The position numbers and the translations under genes are program-made. Shown in pieces: positions 30,038 through 39,695 of a stretch of 61,947 nt of DNA. The stretch's first letter is position 1. Each line of letters starts with the position of its first letter. Origin of the DNA: Clostridiales bacterium (GTDB lineage: Bacteria > Bacillota > Clostridia > Christensenellales > CAG-314). The stretch covers positions 1-61,947 of the forward strand of contig JAFLVL010000002.1 of assembly GCA_022508325.1 (NCBI GenBank). Direction: 5' to 3'. Under the pieces are notes generated by a model. That model was not told the origin of the DNA. It did not search any database and saw only the letters and a list, made by a program, of their open reading frames with translations.

Positions 30038-30409
30038 TTATTTCTTTTTTGTACGCGGACGGAAGATGACAGACACAAGATAACCCGACACAATGGCAAT
30101 GCTTATACCTGTCGCGCAAGCAGCAAGCCCTCCTGTCAGCGCGCCGTAAACTCCGTCCTGCTTGGCGGCTTTGACCGCGCCCTTGACTAACGCGCACCCA
30201 AATCCCGAAATAGGTACGCTTGCGCCTGCTCCTGCAAATTCAATCAACTTGCTATACAACCCAAAACCTTCTAAAATTGCTCCTGCAACAAGAAATAGCA
30301 CCAAAATTTTGCCATTAGTCAGGTGAGTCCAGTTGATTATTATTTGACCAATCAGGCAAATACCACCGCCCACCAAAAATGCTTTTAGAAACATCAAAAA
30401 CGTATCCAT
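30038..30409 (-). CDS. spoVAE: stage V sporulation protein AE (SpoVAEB-type)
   Basis: 123-aa multi-pass membrane protein paralogous to the spoVAC product ('SVPISGFG'). Last gene of the spoVAC-AD-AE triad. Confidence 0.8.
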   Translation of the reverse strand: MDTFLMFLKAFLVGGGICLIGQIIINWTHLTNGKILVLFLVAGAILEGFGLYSKLIEFAGAGASVPISGFGCALVKGAVKAAKQDGVYGALTGGLAACATGISIAIVSGYLVSVIFRPRTKKK

Positions 30410-31410
30410 TATATCGTAACCTCCACAAGATGAGTAATTGCAGGTATAGTGTCCCCTTGAAATGACGTCGTAGGACTCATTAGTGCGCCGGTGCCAGCCA
30501 ACAAAATGCGCTTATATTCGCCACGGCGCAGTCTGCCCAAAAGAACGCTGTTGAACACTAACGCCGAACACGCCGCTCCGCTGCCACCCTGATAAGTCTG
30601 TTGCTCATCCCAATAGAGCGACGCGCCACAATCGTGAAGCTGTTCAGAAATGTCGTACCCTTCCTGACGCGTTAAGTCTAGGAGAATGTCCGAACCAAGC
30701 TTACCCAAGTCGCCGGTGTAAATTACATCATAGTCGGACGGCTGAGTGTCGGTATCCTTGAAGAATGTCACAAGTGTGTCGCACGCGGAAGGTGCCATAG
30801 CCGCGCCCATGTTGTTTGCATCCATAATGCCATAGTCTACAACTCTACCTATGGTAGCCCTTGTAACTCGCGGCACACGCTCTTCGCTTTTGCTGGAAAG
30901 CACCGTTGCGCCTACACCTGTCGCAGTCCATTGCGTGACGGGAGAACGGAGTACTCCGAGTTCCAACGGATAACGGTACTGTCTTTCTGCGGTAGAAAAG
31001 TGACTGCCCGCCATGCAAACTACGTTCTCGAATCCGTTACTTAGTACGTTTGCACCGATAATTAAGCTTTCTACGAATGTTGCACAGGCGTTGTACAGCC
31101 CCAAAAAGCCCGCGTGTTGCTTGCGCGCAGCATAAGAAACTGATACTATCTGATTGAGCAAATCTCCGCCGACAACCGCGTCTATATCGGCGTTAGTTAG
31201 ATTGGCTTTTGCAATGGCTCCGTCTATTGCATGTTCGAACATTTTACGTTCGGCGCGTTCAAAGGTGTTTTGACCGAACATATCGTCCTCTAATGCAACA
31301 TCAAAAAAGCCCTTGTATCTGCCGTCGTTTTCTTTAGGTCCCGCAACAGTATAGCCGTCTATAATATGAGCATTATCAAAGCTCAAGGTACGCTTTTTGT
31401 AATAGTTCAT
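30409..31410 (-). CDS. spoVAD: stage V sporulation protein AD
   Basis: 333-aa thiolase-fold-like protein in the canonical position between spoVAC and spoVAE. Confidence 0.85.
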   Translation of the reverse strand: MNYYKKRTLSFDNAHIIDGYTVAGPKENDGRYKGFFDVALEDDMFGQNTFERAERKMFEHAIDGAIAKANLTNADIDAVVGGDLLNQIVSVSYAARKQHAGFLGLYNACATFVESLIIGANVLSNGFENVVCMAGSHFSTAERQYRYPLELGVLRSPVTQWTATGVGATVLSSKSEERVPRVTRATIGRVVDYGIMDANNMGAAMAPSACDTLVTFFKDTDTQPSDYDVIYTGDLGKLGSDILLDLTRQEGYDISEQLHDCGASLYWDEQQTYQGGSGAACSALVFNSVLLGRLRRGEYKRILLAGTGALMSPTTSFQGDTIPAITHLVEVTI

Positions 31411-31411
31411 A

Positions 31412-31858
31412 CTAGCCTCCGAAAATTAACGTCAAAAGCGCCACAATCACAGATATTGTCACCCCATTTACGATTACAGGCCCCGCAACAAGGAACATTT
31501 TAGCCCCAACGCCGTAGATATAACCCTCTGCGCGAAATTCCAGAGCGGGCGACACTACGGCATTAGAAAATCCGGTAATAGGTATCGTTGATCCTGCTCC
31601 GGCAAATCTGCCAATGTTGTCGTAGACGCCAAAACCGGTTAGTAAAGCGGCGATTAGTACTAACGTACCGGATGCCAAAACGGACGCGTCCTGATCGTTG
31701 AACCAAAGTGAATACATTTCTATAAACGCCTGTCCAATAACGCAAATGATTCCACCTATCAAGAATGCCCAGAACATATTTTTCCAGTGAGAGCTCTTGG
31801 GCATTTTCTCAAAGACGTAAGATTTATAATTGTCCTTTGTTATTTCATAATTTGCCAT
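31412..31858 (-). CDS. spoVAC: stage V sporulation protein AC
   Basis: 148-aa membrane protein with 'GSTIPITGFSNAV'. AGGTG Shine-Dalgarno upstream. Confidence 0.85.
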   Translation of the reverse strand: MANYEITKDNYKSYVFEKMPKSSHWKNMFWAFLIGGIICVIGQAFIEMYSLWFNDQDASVLASGTLVLIAALLTGFGVYDNIGRFAGAGSTIPITGFSNAVVSPALEFRAEGYIYGVGAKMFLVAGPVIVNGVTISVIVALLTLIFGG

Positions 31859-31866
31859 ATTAACAC

Positions 31867-31980
31867 CTACTTTTTTACGGTTTGTTCTTCTTGTCTGTTT
31901 TCTAAATCGTACTGATCAGGCAAGAATGTCTCCTTTTCGTCGGTATTGCTACCGTATTTTCTGCTGTTTGGAAATTTCAT
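31867..31980 (-). CDS. possible 37-aa hydrophilic ORF (MKFPNSRKYGSNTDEKETFLPDQYDLENRQEEQTVKK) preceding spoVAC
   Basis: Hand translation. The ATG at 31980 lies 6 nt downstream of a TAGAAT -10 element (leaderless geometry) and the stop lies 8 nt before the spoVAC ATG. No homology recognised. Confidence 0.3.
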   Translation of the reverse strand: MKFPNSRKYGSNTDEKETFLPDQYDLENRQEEQTVKK

Positions 31981-31986
31981 AACAAG

Positions 31987-32015
31987 ATTCTAGCCAATTG
32001 AAACGGTTTTTATTC
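31987..32015 (-). promoter_or_regulatory. candidate forespore-type (sigma-F/G-like) promoter GAATA-N15-GGCTAGAAT for the spoVA operon
   Basis: The reverse complement of 32011-32015 is GAATA and of 31987-31995 is GGCTAGAAT, which fits the remembered GGnnAnAnT -10 pattern. There is no sigma-A-like -35. Confidence 0.3.
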
Positions 32016-32248
32016 AAGATATGCAAAGTAACCGCCATATTGAGGCAAAAAGCTCAAAAATGCAATAATGCCGCAATGCTATGTCTGAAATAGTATTATA
32101 CAAATGGTCAAATTTTGGAATAGTTAAATCTTAAATGAGCTTTTTTGCGTCATAAGATAAAAATAAAGAACGCACTAAGCGTTCTATTAAATATTTATAT
32201 CTGAAGTTAAAAGTGAATATTACTTTTTTGTGGAAGAACTGATGGAAA

Positions 32249-32884
32249 CTACTCTACCTTAGTCACATTCTCGTCAACGAGAAAATCGGGCACTTCTTCG
32301 ACTGTGTCGAACATGGGCTTTTCCACCACTTGGACGTTGGGCGTTGAGGTGGTGATTTCCTGTAACTTCTGAAGCAAGGTTTCGTAGTCAGGCAGATCGG
32401 AAATATCGCTAATAGAAAAGCGTTTCAAGAAGTCGTCGGTTGTTGCGAATAGCAACGGTTTACCGATAGTTTCTTTACGTCCGACAACCTCGATTAGACC
32501 CAAACGCATCAAGTTTTGCACCGAGTACGTGCAGTCAACACTACGAATCTCCTCTATTTCTATACGCGTCACCGGTTGTTTGTAGGCGATTATTGCAAGT
32601 GTTTCAAGCATTGCGTTGGTTAACTCTTTCTCTTTTATAGGATTGAGAACTGCCTCAACGTCTTTTGAATAGTCGGGGTTTGTGGCGAATTGCAATTTTT
32701 TGTTGAAGCGCAGAATGTGTATGCCACTCTCACCGCTAAACTTTGTCATAAGCTCAGATACAGCTTCTTTGAAGTCCTTATCCGTTGCGCCTAGCTTTTC
32801 TTTGAGGTAACTCTCCTCTACTGCTTTGCCCGAAACGAACAAAACTGCCTCTATTTTATTACTCAAAAGAGTCATAATCGTCAT
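32249..32884 (-). CDS. scpB: segregation and condensation protein B
   Basis: ScpB winged-helix repeats ('IEAVLFVSG', 'AIIAYKQPVTRIEIEEIR'). The alternative ATG at 32875 would shorten the overlap with scpA. Confidence 0.85.
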   Translation of the reverse strand: MTIMTLLSNKIEAVLFVSGKAVEESYLKEKLGATDKDFKEAVSELMTKFSGESGIHILRFNKKLQFATNPDYSKDVEAVLNPIKEKELTNAMLETLAIIAYKQPVTRIEIEEIRSVDCTYSVQNLMRLGLIEVVGRKETIGKPLLFATTDDFLKRFSISDISDLPDYETLLQKLQEITTSTPNVQVVEKPMFDTVEEVPDFLVDENVTKVE

Positions 32885-33668
32885 CCATCCTTATCTCAAT
32901 ATCGTCGCTGTCGGCGCGCTTTGTAATGACTATATCTTCAAACAGACCACTTTGCGAGACGTTTATAATTTGTAGTTTCAACAGCTCCAGCACTGCAAGA
33001 AATGTTGTCACAATCTCGTTTTTAGTTGTATTCTCGTCAAACAATTCCTTAAGGGAAAACTTGGTCTCAGTCTGCAAAATTTCGCGAATATACGCCATTT
33101 TTTGCGGCACGGAAAAACTTTCGCGCGTGATTGCGCGAGAGACGTTTTCTGCTGCGTTCTTGACCTGCATGCGCATCAAAAACTTGCCAAAAGCCTTGAT
33201 AAAGCCTTCCACGCTCAGGTTTTCCTTGATTACAGAGACTTCTTTTCCGACATTTTTGTCAGGTTCACGGTAAAACCGATTGACATTCTCTTGTTTTTTA
33301 AGGTCCGTTACGATTTCTTTGAACAGCTTGTACTCTTCAAGTTGGCGAATAAGCACCGCTTCCGGCGTCTCTTCACCTTCGTTCAACTCGGGCAATATGG
33401 GGAGCAACGCGCGCGATTTGATTTCTATAAGCGTCGCAGCCATTGCCATATATTCGCTGGCTTGATCCACGTCCAATTCGGACAGCTGAGACATATATTG
33501 CAAGAACTGTTCAGTTACCTGCGATACGAATATATCTTTTATTTCGATCTTATTTTCTTTGACCAAGGCCAAAAGCAAATCGAGAGGACCGTTGAAGTTT
33601 GCCAGGTTCAGCTCGAGAACCGACTTCTCTTCATCAAACATATATTCTTGTTTTACTTCCTCAGCCAT
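32859..33668 (-). CDS. scpA: segregation and condensation protein A
   Basis: ScpA/kleisin N-terminus 'FNGPLDLLLALVKENKIEIKDI'. Upstream of scpB. Confidence 0.85.
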   Translation of the reverse strand: MAEEVKQEYMFDEEKSVLELNLANFNGPLDLLLALVKENKIEIKDIFVSQVTEQFLQYMSQLSELDVDQASEYMAMAATLIEIKSRALLPILPELNEGEETPEAVLIRQLEEYKLFKEIVTDLKKQENVNRFYREPDKNVGKEVSVIKENLSVEGFIKAFGKFLMRMQVKNAAENVSRAITRESFSVPQKMAYIREILQTETKFSLKELFDENTTKNEIVTTFLAVLELLKLQIINVSQSGLFEDIVITKRADSDDIEIRMDDDYDSFE

Positions 33669-34380
33669 TGAATATCAACCTCCAAAAGTTGTAAAAACCG
33701 CCCTGTATCAACCCGCCAAATCTAGCTAAATACCAATTCAAAGGCGAAAAGAGAGAGAGCATCGGAATGTAATTGGAAAGGGAATTAAACACTATAAATC
33801 CCAACATAATATACAAGCTGTATCTGCGAAGAAACATCATTGCTCCATTGCGTTCGTCAATAAAGCAGCTAAGCAATCGATAACCGTCGAGAGGATACAA
33901 CGGCAACAGATTAAATAGCGCAAATGCGACATTCAAACTAAGTATCAAATAGGACAATTCGCGAAAGAAATACACTGCGTATGCCGCACTTTCCGTTTGC
34001 GGTGAGATATTCCAAAATATTACATAGAACATCGCAGCAAAAAAAGCCAATATTATATTCGTCGATATTCCCGCTATCGACACGGTAATCGCGCCTATCC
34101 TTTTGTCTTTGAAATTGTTGGGATTGACAGGAACAGGCTTTGCCCAGCCGAAGCCAACAAGGAACATCAAAACAAGTCCCACCCAGTCAAAGTGTTTGAT
34201 AGGATTCAGAGTCAGCCTGCCGTATATCTTAGCGGTGTTGTCGCCGTTCCAAAGCGCAACTAGTCCATGCGCCAATTCGTGTAAAACCAGCGCGGCAAGC
34301 AACGCCACGACAAAAGCCAGGACGTTCAACAGTCCGCATCTTCCGTTGGGAGCGTCAACAAATAACTCGTATAATGTCAT
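33661..34380 (-). CDS. site-2 protease family (M50) membrane metalloprotease
   Basis: 'HELAHG' in the first membrane segment and a downstream 'LLPLYPLDG' motif. Confidence 0.75.
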   Translation of the reverse strand: MTLYELFVDAPNGRCGLLNVLAFVVALLAALVLHELAHGLVALWNGDNTAKIYGRLTLNPIKHFDWVGLVLMFLVGFGWAKPVPVNPNNFKDKRIGAITVSIAGISTNIILAFFAAMFYVIFWNISPQTESAAYAVYFFRELSYLILSLNVAFALFNLLPLYPLDGYRLLSCFIDERNGAMMFLRRYSLYIMLGFIVFNSLSNYIPMLSLFSPLNWYLARFGGLIQGGFYNFWRLIFNG

Positions 34381-34467
34381 GAAAATATTGTAACAAACTA
34401 TTAAAATAAAGTCAAATAAATATATATTATCTATTTAAGCGTAAGGTTACACTTCAAAACAATATTA

Positions 34468-34504
34468 AATTTACGAGGAGCGCTGTAGACGCCCCTCGTA
34501 AATT
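34468..34504 (-). terminator. possible terminator after the DD-carboxypeptidase gene
   Basis: 11-bp stem AATTTACGAGG / CCTCGTAAATT with a 15-nt loop. The downstream tract is T-rich but not a clean U-run. Confidence 0.4.
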
Positions 34505-34557
34505 CACGTTAATTTGAAAGAAAACCACTTCTAATCTTCTCCGCAATTTGTCTATAC

Positions 34558-35697
34558 TTAGTCGGTTAGTAATTCTTTGACGTAATCCCAGTAGGACTTA
34601 GCGGCAACATCGGTTTTTGCAACCAAGTTTACTTGACCAACCACCTTGCCATTGCTATCTGTAAGCGTAGCCGTTCCAAGTACGTCTCCGCGCGCAACAG
34701 GCGCCTTTACACTCTTTTGAAGCTCAATCGAGACCTGACAATCTGAGTTGCCCTTCTTCCCAAACGCAAGTAGCTTGCCATCAGCAACTACTTCAACTAC
34801 GTCCTCCTTGCCGCCTTGTACAGTAACGCTCTCCACACTAGCTTGTTCTTGCAAATAAATCTTACTCTCGTAGTTTGCGAAAGCGTAGTTAAACATATCG
34901 CTAACTTCCTTAAAACGAGTTTTGCTGTCAGGAGCGCCGACCACGACTGCAATTACGCGAGTGTCTCCACGTTTTGCAGTTGCGGCTAGACAGTGTTGCG
35001 CTTCGCTGGTATAACCGGTCTTGCCGCCGTCACATCCGTCATAGAAACGAACCAGCTTGTTCGTATTAGTCATTCCTGTAACTCGCCCGGACGGATGAAC
35101 AAAGTCCTCCATCCAAATATTAGCGCAAGTAAAGTAATGCGGATGTTCAATTAACTTAGAAAGCATTATACCCACGTCTTTTGCGCAAGAATATTGACTG
35201 ACAGCGGGGAGACCCGTGCAGTTCTCGAAATGAGTTGCGACCAAACCGAGCTCTTTAGCCTTAGCGTTCATTTTTGAAACAAAGTTTTCGACACTGCCTT
35301 CGAGATGCTCAGCGACAGCCACACAACTGTCGTTAGCCGAGCAAACGACGATTGACTTAATCAGATTCTCCAGTTTATAAGTCGCGTTAGCATCTAAAAA
35401 GACTTGAGAACCGCCCATGGAAGCGGCGCGTGAGCTAGCGATTACGTCGTCATTAAGAGAGACTTTACCGTTGTCAATTGCATCGTAGACACACAATAAC
35501 GTCATAATTTTCGTCATACTTGCAATGGGACGCTTTTCAGTCGCGTTGCTTTCAAACAGAACTTGACCGTCTTCTGACATTAGTATCGCTTCCTTCGAAG
35601 TAATGTTAATCGAAGCGGTATCAGCGTAAGCAGTTGCGGGCGCGATTGCCGCAGCAAGTAGCATAATGCCGATGACAAATGTTAGTAGCCTTTTCAT
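34558..35697 (-). CDS. D-alanyl-D-alanine carboxypeptidase (S11, PBP5/DacB/DacF-like)
   Basis: Signal peptide, then 'SMTK', 'SAND' (SxN) and 'KTGYT' (KTG) motifs. Confidence 0.85.
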   Translation of the reverse strand: MKRLLTFVIGIMLLAAAIAPATAYADTASINITSKEAILMSEDGQVLFESNATEKRPIASMTKIMTLLCVYDAIDNGKVSLNDDVIASSRAASMGGSQVFLDANATYKLENLIKSIVVCSANDSCVAVAEHLEGSVENFVSKMNAKAKELGLVATHFENCTGLPAVSQYSCAKDVGIMLSKLIEHPHYFTCANIWMEDFVHPSGRVTGMTNTNKLVRFYDGCDGGKTGYTSEAQHCLAATAKRGDTRVIAVVVGAPDSKTRFKEVSDMFNYAFANYESKIYLQEQASVESVTVQGGKEDVVEVVADGKLLAFGKKGNSDCQVSIELQKSVKAPVARGDVLGTATLTDSNGKVVGQVNLVAKTDVAAKSYWDYVKELLTD

Positions 35698-35806
35698 ATT
35701 ATTCTCCTTATTGTATTTTCCTTAGTATTTGCAAATATCGCTTAACTATACAACGGAGAAAAGGCATCTGAACTCACTAGAACTTGTGTGCCGTTTCAGT
35801 CCAAAA

Positions 35807-35826
35807 CGCGACATGGGGTGAGAAAA
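35807..35826. repeat. 20-nt exact repeat CGCGACATGGGGTGAGAAAA, copy 2
   Basis: Identical to 25561-25580. Intergenic, 110-129 nt upstream of the carboxypeptidase start. Confidence 0.7.
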
Positions 35827-35894
35827 CCTCGTGCAAGCAGCATATCAACTTGTCTTTAACAGGATACCACTACTTCGACAAATATTAGAACAAA

Positions 35895-36170
35895 TTATCC
35901 GTTCAGTCTCTCAGAAAGTGCTTTAGAGGGTTTGAAAACTATCACCTTTTTGGCAGGAATGTTTATCTTCTTATGCGTTGCAGGGTTGATGCCCTTACGC
36001 GCGGCACGCTTTTTGATTTTGAAACTGCCAATTCCTGTCAACACTACGTCATGACCTTTTTTCAGCTGTTCTTCAATACTTTCCCAGAATGCATCGTAAA
36101 ATATTTCCGCTTGCTTGGACGTCTCGCCCGTCTTGTCTACTACACTGTCAATAAATTCACCTTTCTTCAT
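35895..36170 (-). CDS. hup: DNA-binding protein HU
   Basis: 91-aa ORF with the HU/IHF fold signature 'GIGSFKIKKRAARKGINPAT'. Confidence 0.9.
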   Translation of the reverse strand: MKKGEFIDSVVDKTGETSKQAEIFYDAFWESIEEQLKKGHDVVLTGIGSFKIKKRAARKGINPATHKKINIPAKKVIVFKPSKALSERLNG

Positions 36171-36384
36171 TCTCTGCTCCTTAATATTATTTTTTCAAAG
36201 TGTTGACATAGACGTATTAATTTATACTATCTCATTTATCTCGCCTACTTTATCCTTATTAGTAAAAAGCTGTTGCGTGCTCTATTGCTTCCCAACTTTT
36301 AATGCGTATTTCGCAGAAAATATAAGGCTTCCGACAGTCTCCTATCGGAAGCCTTCAAATAACTTGTTCATTTTTAATTTGAAA

Positions 36385-37533
36385 TTATCTAGTGACCTTT
36401 TCCCAGACAGATTTCGGTCCACCACCTATTCCAAGCTGTTCTCTGATTGTATCGGCAATTACGTCAAAGCCCTTGAGCGTGCCCAAATTTGTCGGCACTA
36501 CTTCGCGTCCGTAAATCAAGAGGGGCGTATACTCACGCGTATGGTCGGTGTGTGCTTTGTGCGTTGGGTCGCAACCGTGGTCGCCAGTGATATAGATTAC
36601 GTCATCGTGATGGATGACTTTGATTAGTTCAGCAACTTTCGCGTCAATTTCTTCCAGCGCAGCAGCATATCCAAACACGTCGCGTCTGTGACCGTACTTC
36701 ATATCGGTATCCACCAAATTTACAAATACGAGTCCGTCAAAACGTTCTTTGGCAATTTCTATCGTCTGATTCAGACCGTCAAGGTTGCTTGCGGTATGCG
36801 TGCTTCTGGTTATACCCTGACCGTTGAAGATATATTCGATTTTTCCGACAGCGACACTTTGCAGCCCGGCGTCCTTGACATTGTCGAGAATTGTTTTAGC
36901 CGGAGGATTGAGTGAGAAGTCTTTGCGCTCAGCCGTACGGGTAAAGGGATACGCGCCTGTGAAAGGTCTTGCGATAATTCTTCCTACAGCGTACTTGCCG
37001 GTACAAAGCTTGCGAGCCTTCTCGCACATATCGTACAACTGCTCTATCGTGTATTTATCCATGTGGACGGCAATTTGCAAGACGCTGTCTGCAGAGGTAT
37101 AAACTATTGGGAAGCCGGTCTTCAGATGCTCCTCACCGTAGTCCTTAATGACTTCCGTGCCGCTATAAGGCTTATTGCATAAAACTTTTGTGCCAAGCTC
37201 CTTTTCCAGTTTGGTTATAAAGCTTTGAGGGAAACCGTTAGGAAATGTCGGCATCGGTTCGTTGGTTATTACTCCTGCCATTTCCCAGTGACCTACAGTA
37301 GTATCTTTGCCCTTGGACAGCTCTTCAAGGCGAGCGTACGCGCCATTAGGCTGGCGGTCGTCATTGTAAGTTCCGTCAATATTGTACAATCCCATGTCAG
37401 CAAGCGTAGGCAAATTAAGGTCATACGCTGCGCGAACGTTTTTCAAAGTGTTTGCACCATAGTCGTTAAATTTTTTGCAATCGGGCATAGCGCCTATACC
37501 GAAACCGTCAATTACAAGTATGAATGCTCTCAT
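36385..37533 (-). CDS. deoB: phosphopentomutase
   Basis: N-terminal 'ILVIDGFGIG' metal-binding block and C-terminal 'ITGDHGCDP'. The ATG at 37533 has a GGAAGG Shine-Dalgarno. Confidence 0.9.
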   Translation of the reverse strand: MRAFILVIDGFGIGAMPDCKKFNDYGANTLKNVRAAYDLNLPTLADMGLYNIDGTYNDDRQPNGAYARLEELSKGKDTTVGHWEMAGVITNEPMPTFPNGFPQSFITKLEKELGTKVLCNKPYSGTEVIKDYGEEHLKTGFPIVYTSADSVLQIAVHMDKYTIEQLYDMCEKARKLCTGKYAVGRIIARPFTGAYPFTRTAERKDFSLNPPAKTILDNVKDAGLQSVAVGKIEYIFNGQGITRSTHTASNLDGLNQTIEIAKERFDGLVFVNLVDTDMKYGHRRDVFGYAAALEEIDAKVAELIKVIHHDDVIYITGDHGCDPTHKAHTDHTREYTPLLIYGREVVPTNLGTLKGFDVIADTIREQLGIGGGPKSVWEKVTR

Positions 37534-37585
37534 ATTCAATACCTTCCTTTGATTAAATTCTAACATACTTTTTGTATTTTTTCAA

Positions 37586-38161
37586 TCAAATGACGGCAGT
37601 TATTATTTTCAATATTACGAAAAAAGTCAAAATTTTGACTACAAAACCGATTGCGAGTATCATCAGACAAGGCAGAAAATCGCGCCACGATTCCCGAAAT
37701 CTGCGGCACGTAGGGTATTCGCAAGAGGCGAGAAAAGTCGCCAACATATAAGTTACAATCTCTGGCAATGCTACCAATATGGTGTAAAATACTCCCCAAA
37801 CCGACCAACACTCAATTGTCGCCGCTGTATTTGCACCGCAGTAAAAGCCAGCAACAAACAGCAGAAAGTAATTCAAAAAACGCGTTTGCGGCATGAGATT
37901 GCATAGAACGATGCAGAAAAAGTAAGCGAAAGAGCCAATCAGGAAGAAAAAAAACAGCGAAAATCCTCCTGTAAAAAGTGTCTCTGCAAAGGCGCTCCTA
38001 TTAAAATACCACCAACTGTAAGCGAATGCCTTAAATAACGCTACTCCAAGCGCAATGCCTGCGGCAGCAATCAATGCGCAAGCAAGCGCCCTCCACTTGC
38101 ATTCGCATATTTTTGCCCATAAATCTTCAAAATACCGTTTTATTCTACAAAAAATGCCCAT
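37586..38161 (-). CDS. multi-pass membrane protein, possibly SpoIIM-like
   Basis: About 5 hydrophobic helices. 'ALPEIVTYMLATFLAS' weakly recalls the SpoIIM family 'lPhg.fEipa' block. Weak Shine-Dalgarno. Function uncertain. Confidence 0.35.
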   Translation of the reverse strand: MGIFCRIKRYFEDLWAKICECKWRALACALIAAAGIALGVALFKAFAYSWWYFNRSAFAETLFTGGFSLFFFFLIGSFAYFFCIVLCNLMPQTRFLNYFLLFVAGFYCGANTAATIECWSVWGVFYTILVALPEIVTYMLATFLASCEYPTCRRFRESWRDFLPCLMILAIGFVVKILTFFVILKIITAVI

Positions 38162-38194
38162 ATCATTTGATATGAGCAATTCTTTCAGTTTATG

Positions 38195-38268
38195 CTAATT
38201 AGTCAACATCCATTTTGCGTATATTCCGTAGCCACGCGTTGGGTCGTTAACGAAGACGTGGGTAACTG
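38195..38268. repeat. displaced copy of the spoIVB 3' end (island boundary, att-like)
   Basis: 65 of 74 nt identical to 48736-48809. On the minus strand it encodes VTHVFVNDPTRGYGIYAKWMLTN-stop, identical to the real SpoIVB C-terminus, but has no upstream gene body. Confidence 0.75.
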
Positions 38269-38368
38269 TCAAGAAGTTATAAGAAATTTTCTTCCATAAT
38301 TCGTGTAGTTTCGCTATAAAGCGAAATCTTTCGACAGGTATTGCACGACACATTTCGACCAATGCGTA

Positions 38369-39508
38369 TTATTTCTTCATGTCAAGCATTTCATTCACTC
38401 TTGTTTGTATAAATGCTTCGATAATCTTAAGTCGATCATTTGGCAAATTGTACTTGGGATGCTTTTTGAACTTAAAGTTAATCAACTTACGCAACTCTAC
38501 TCTCTGTCTATCCGACAAAAATTCTTGGACTAATGCGTCATAAGAAACTCCTTCAAATGCAGGTGTTCGGGTTTTTGCATACTTTTCAATCTCTCGCAAA
38601 TCGTCTTCCATCGCATAGTTGAAGAGCGAAAGACCGTTATCAAAAATCGGTGCTAATGCAATTGGCTTATTTGTACTGTTGTCAACAAGTAGCCCGAAAT
38701 TTCCGAAATGCCTATCGGTATTGCATACAAGAGCATCAAATATCATCATGTCGGCAAACTCATCATAATAACTGTCGCCAAGAGATTTCAGGTACTTTAC
38801 TGCCTTTGTTAATGTGCAATTAGGCAAAAATTTATGGATTGGAACATACGATGTATTAATGTCTGTAAAAAGCTCGCATGTCGAACATACAATATCTTTC
38901 CATTTGGACAAGCCATAATTAACATGTTTAAGCCCCATCCTTTCGGCTATTTGCGCCGCATAGAATTCGGAATAAGGTTCTTTTCCTGCGTTGGCTGCAC
39001 CCGAAGTACCGCCCTTGCTTAGATAAATTTTCTTGTTAATTCTGCGCCAGCATTTTCTGAGCATACCATTCGTGGTATATTCCGGCGATGAAGTAAACCC
39101 ATTGTGCGTTGTGCTACCGTAACCGGTATAGGCTATCAAAGCCAAAGTTCGACTAAAGCTGTTTTCGTAAAGATTGTAGCTTGCAAATTTTCCCCTGAAT
39201 CCCTCTTCGACAATCCAATAGCTGTCGTTAAGTGAAAGACCTTTACTCAACTGTATAATTCCGATTGTATCATTATGCGAAAGTCCACTTCGCGACAGAA
39301 TTTGATCAACAAACTCCCTATTTTTCGGTATTACGCGAGATGACAACCATCGGACAAGTCCTTCCGAATCGGGAGTCATTCCAATGGGTAATAAATATTT
39401 CAATTCGTCATTCACATATTCGATATGATAGACAATTTCTCCCAATTTAGCTCTTTGCAAACTAAACTTTAGAAGGATATTGTCGTATTCTCTTAATTCG
39501 AATATCAT
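38369..39508 (-). CDS. HipA-like serine/threonine kinase (toxin-type)
   Basis: Catalytic block 'FDALVCNTDRHFGNFGLL...APIFDNG' (HipA_C D-R-H-x-x-N motif) and a HipA-like N-terminal region. No HTH partner gene adjacent. Confidence 0.75.
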   Translation of the reverse strand: MIFELREYDNILLKFSLQRAKLGEIVYHIEYVNDELKYLLPIGMTPDSEGLVRWLSSRVIPKNREFVDQILSRSGLSHNDTIGIIQLSKGLSLNDSYWIVEEGFRGKFASYNLYENSFSRTLALIAYTGYGSTTHNGFTSSPEYTTNGMLRKCWRRINKKIYLSKGGTSGAANAGKEPYSEFYAAQIAERMGLKHVNYGLSKWKDIVCSTCELFTDINTSYVPIHKFLPNCTLTKAVKYLKSLGDSYYDEFADMMIFDALVCNTDRHFGNFGLLVDNSTNKPIALAPIFDNGLSLFNYAMEDDLREIEKYAKTRTPAFEGVSYDALVQEFLSDRQRVELRKLINFKFKKHPKYNLPNDRLKIIEAFIQTRVNEMLDMKK

Positions 39509-39695
39509 TGTTTACCAGCCCTTCCGCAATGAAAAATACAGTATAGTTTCCATCGAAACATTTTTTAATATTGTATCATATAAAAGCGGAAAATTCAATC
39601 AGTGAATAGGCATTGTACTTAAGCTTCTTAATGATTGAATTGAATTTAAAACAAAAAACATCAAAAATTTCGTTAATAATATCTTGCTCTGCGTT

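Noticed and set aside
36115-36627. A 170-aa plus-strand ORF spans the hup start, the intergenic region and the deoB 3' end.
   Set aside because: It is antisense to two conserved genes. The intergenic part is AT-rich promoter and terminator sequence.
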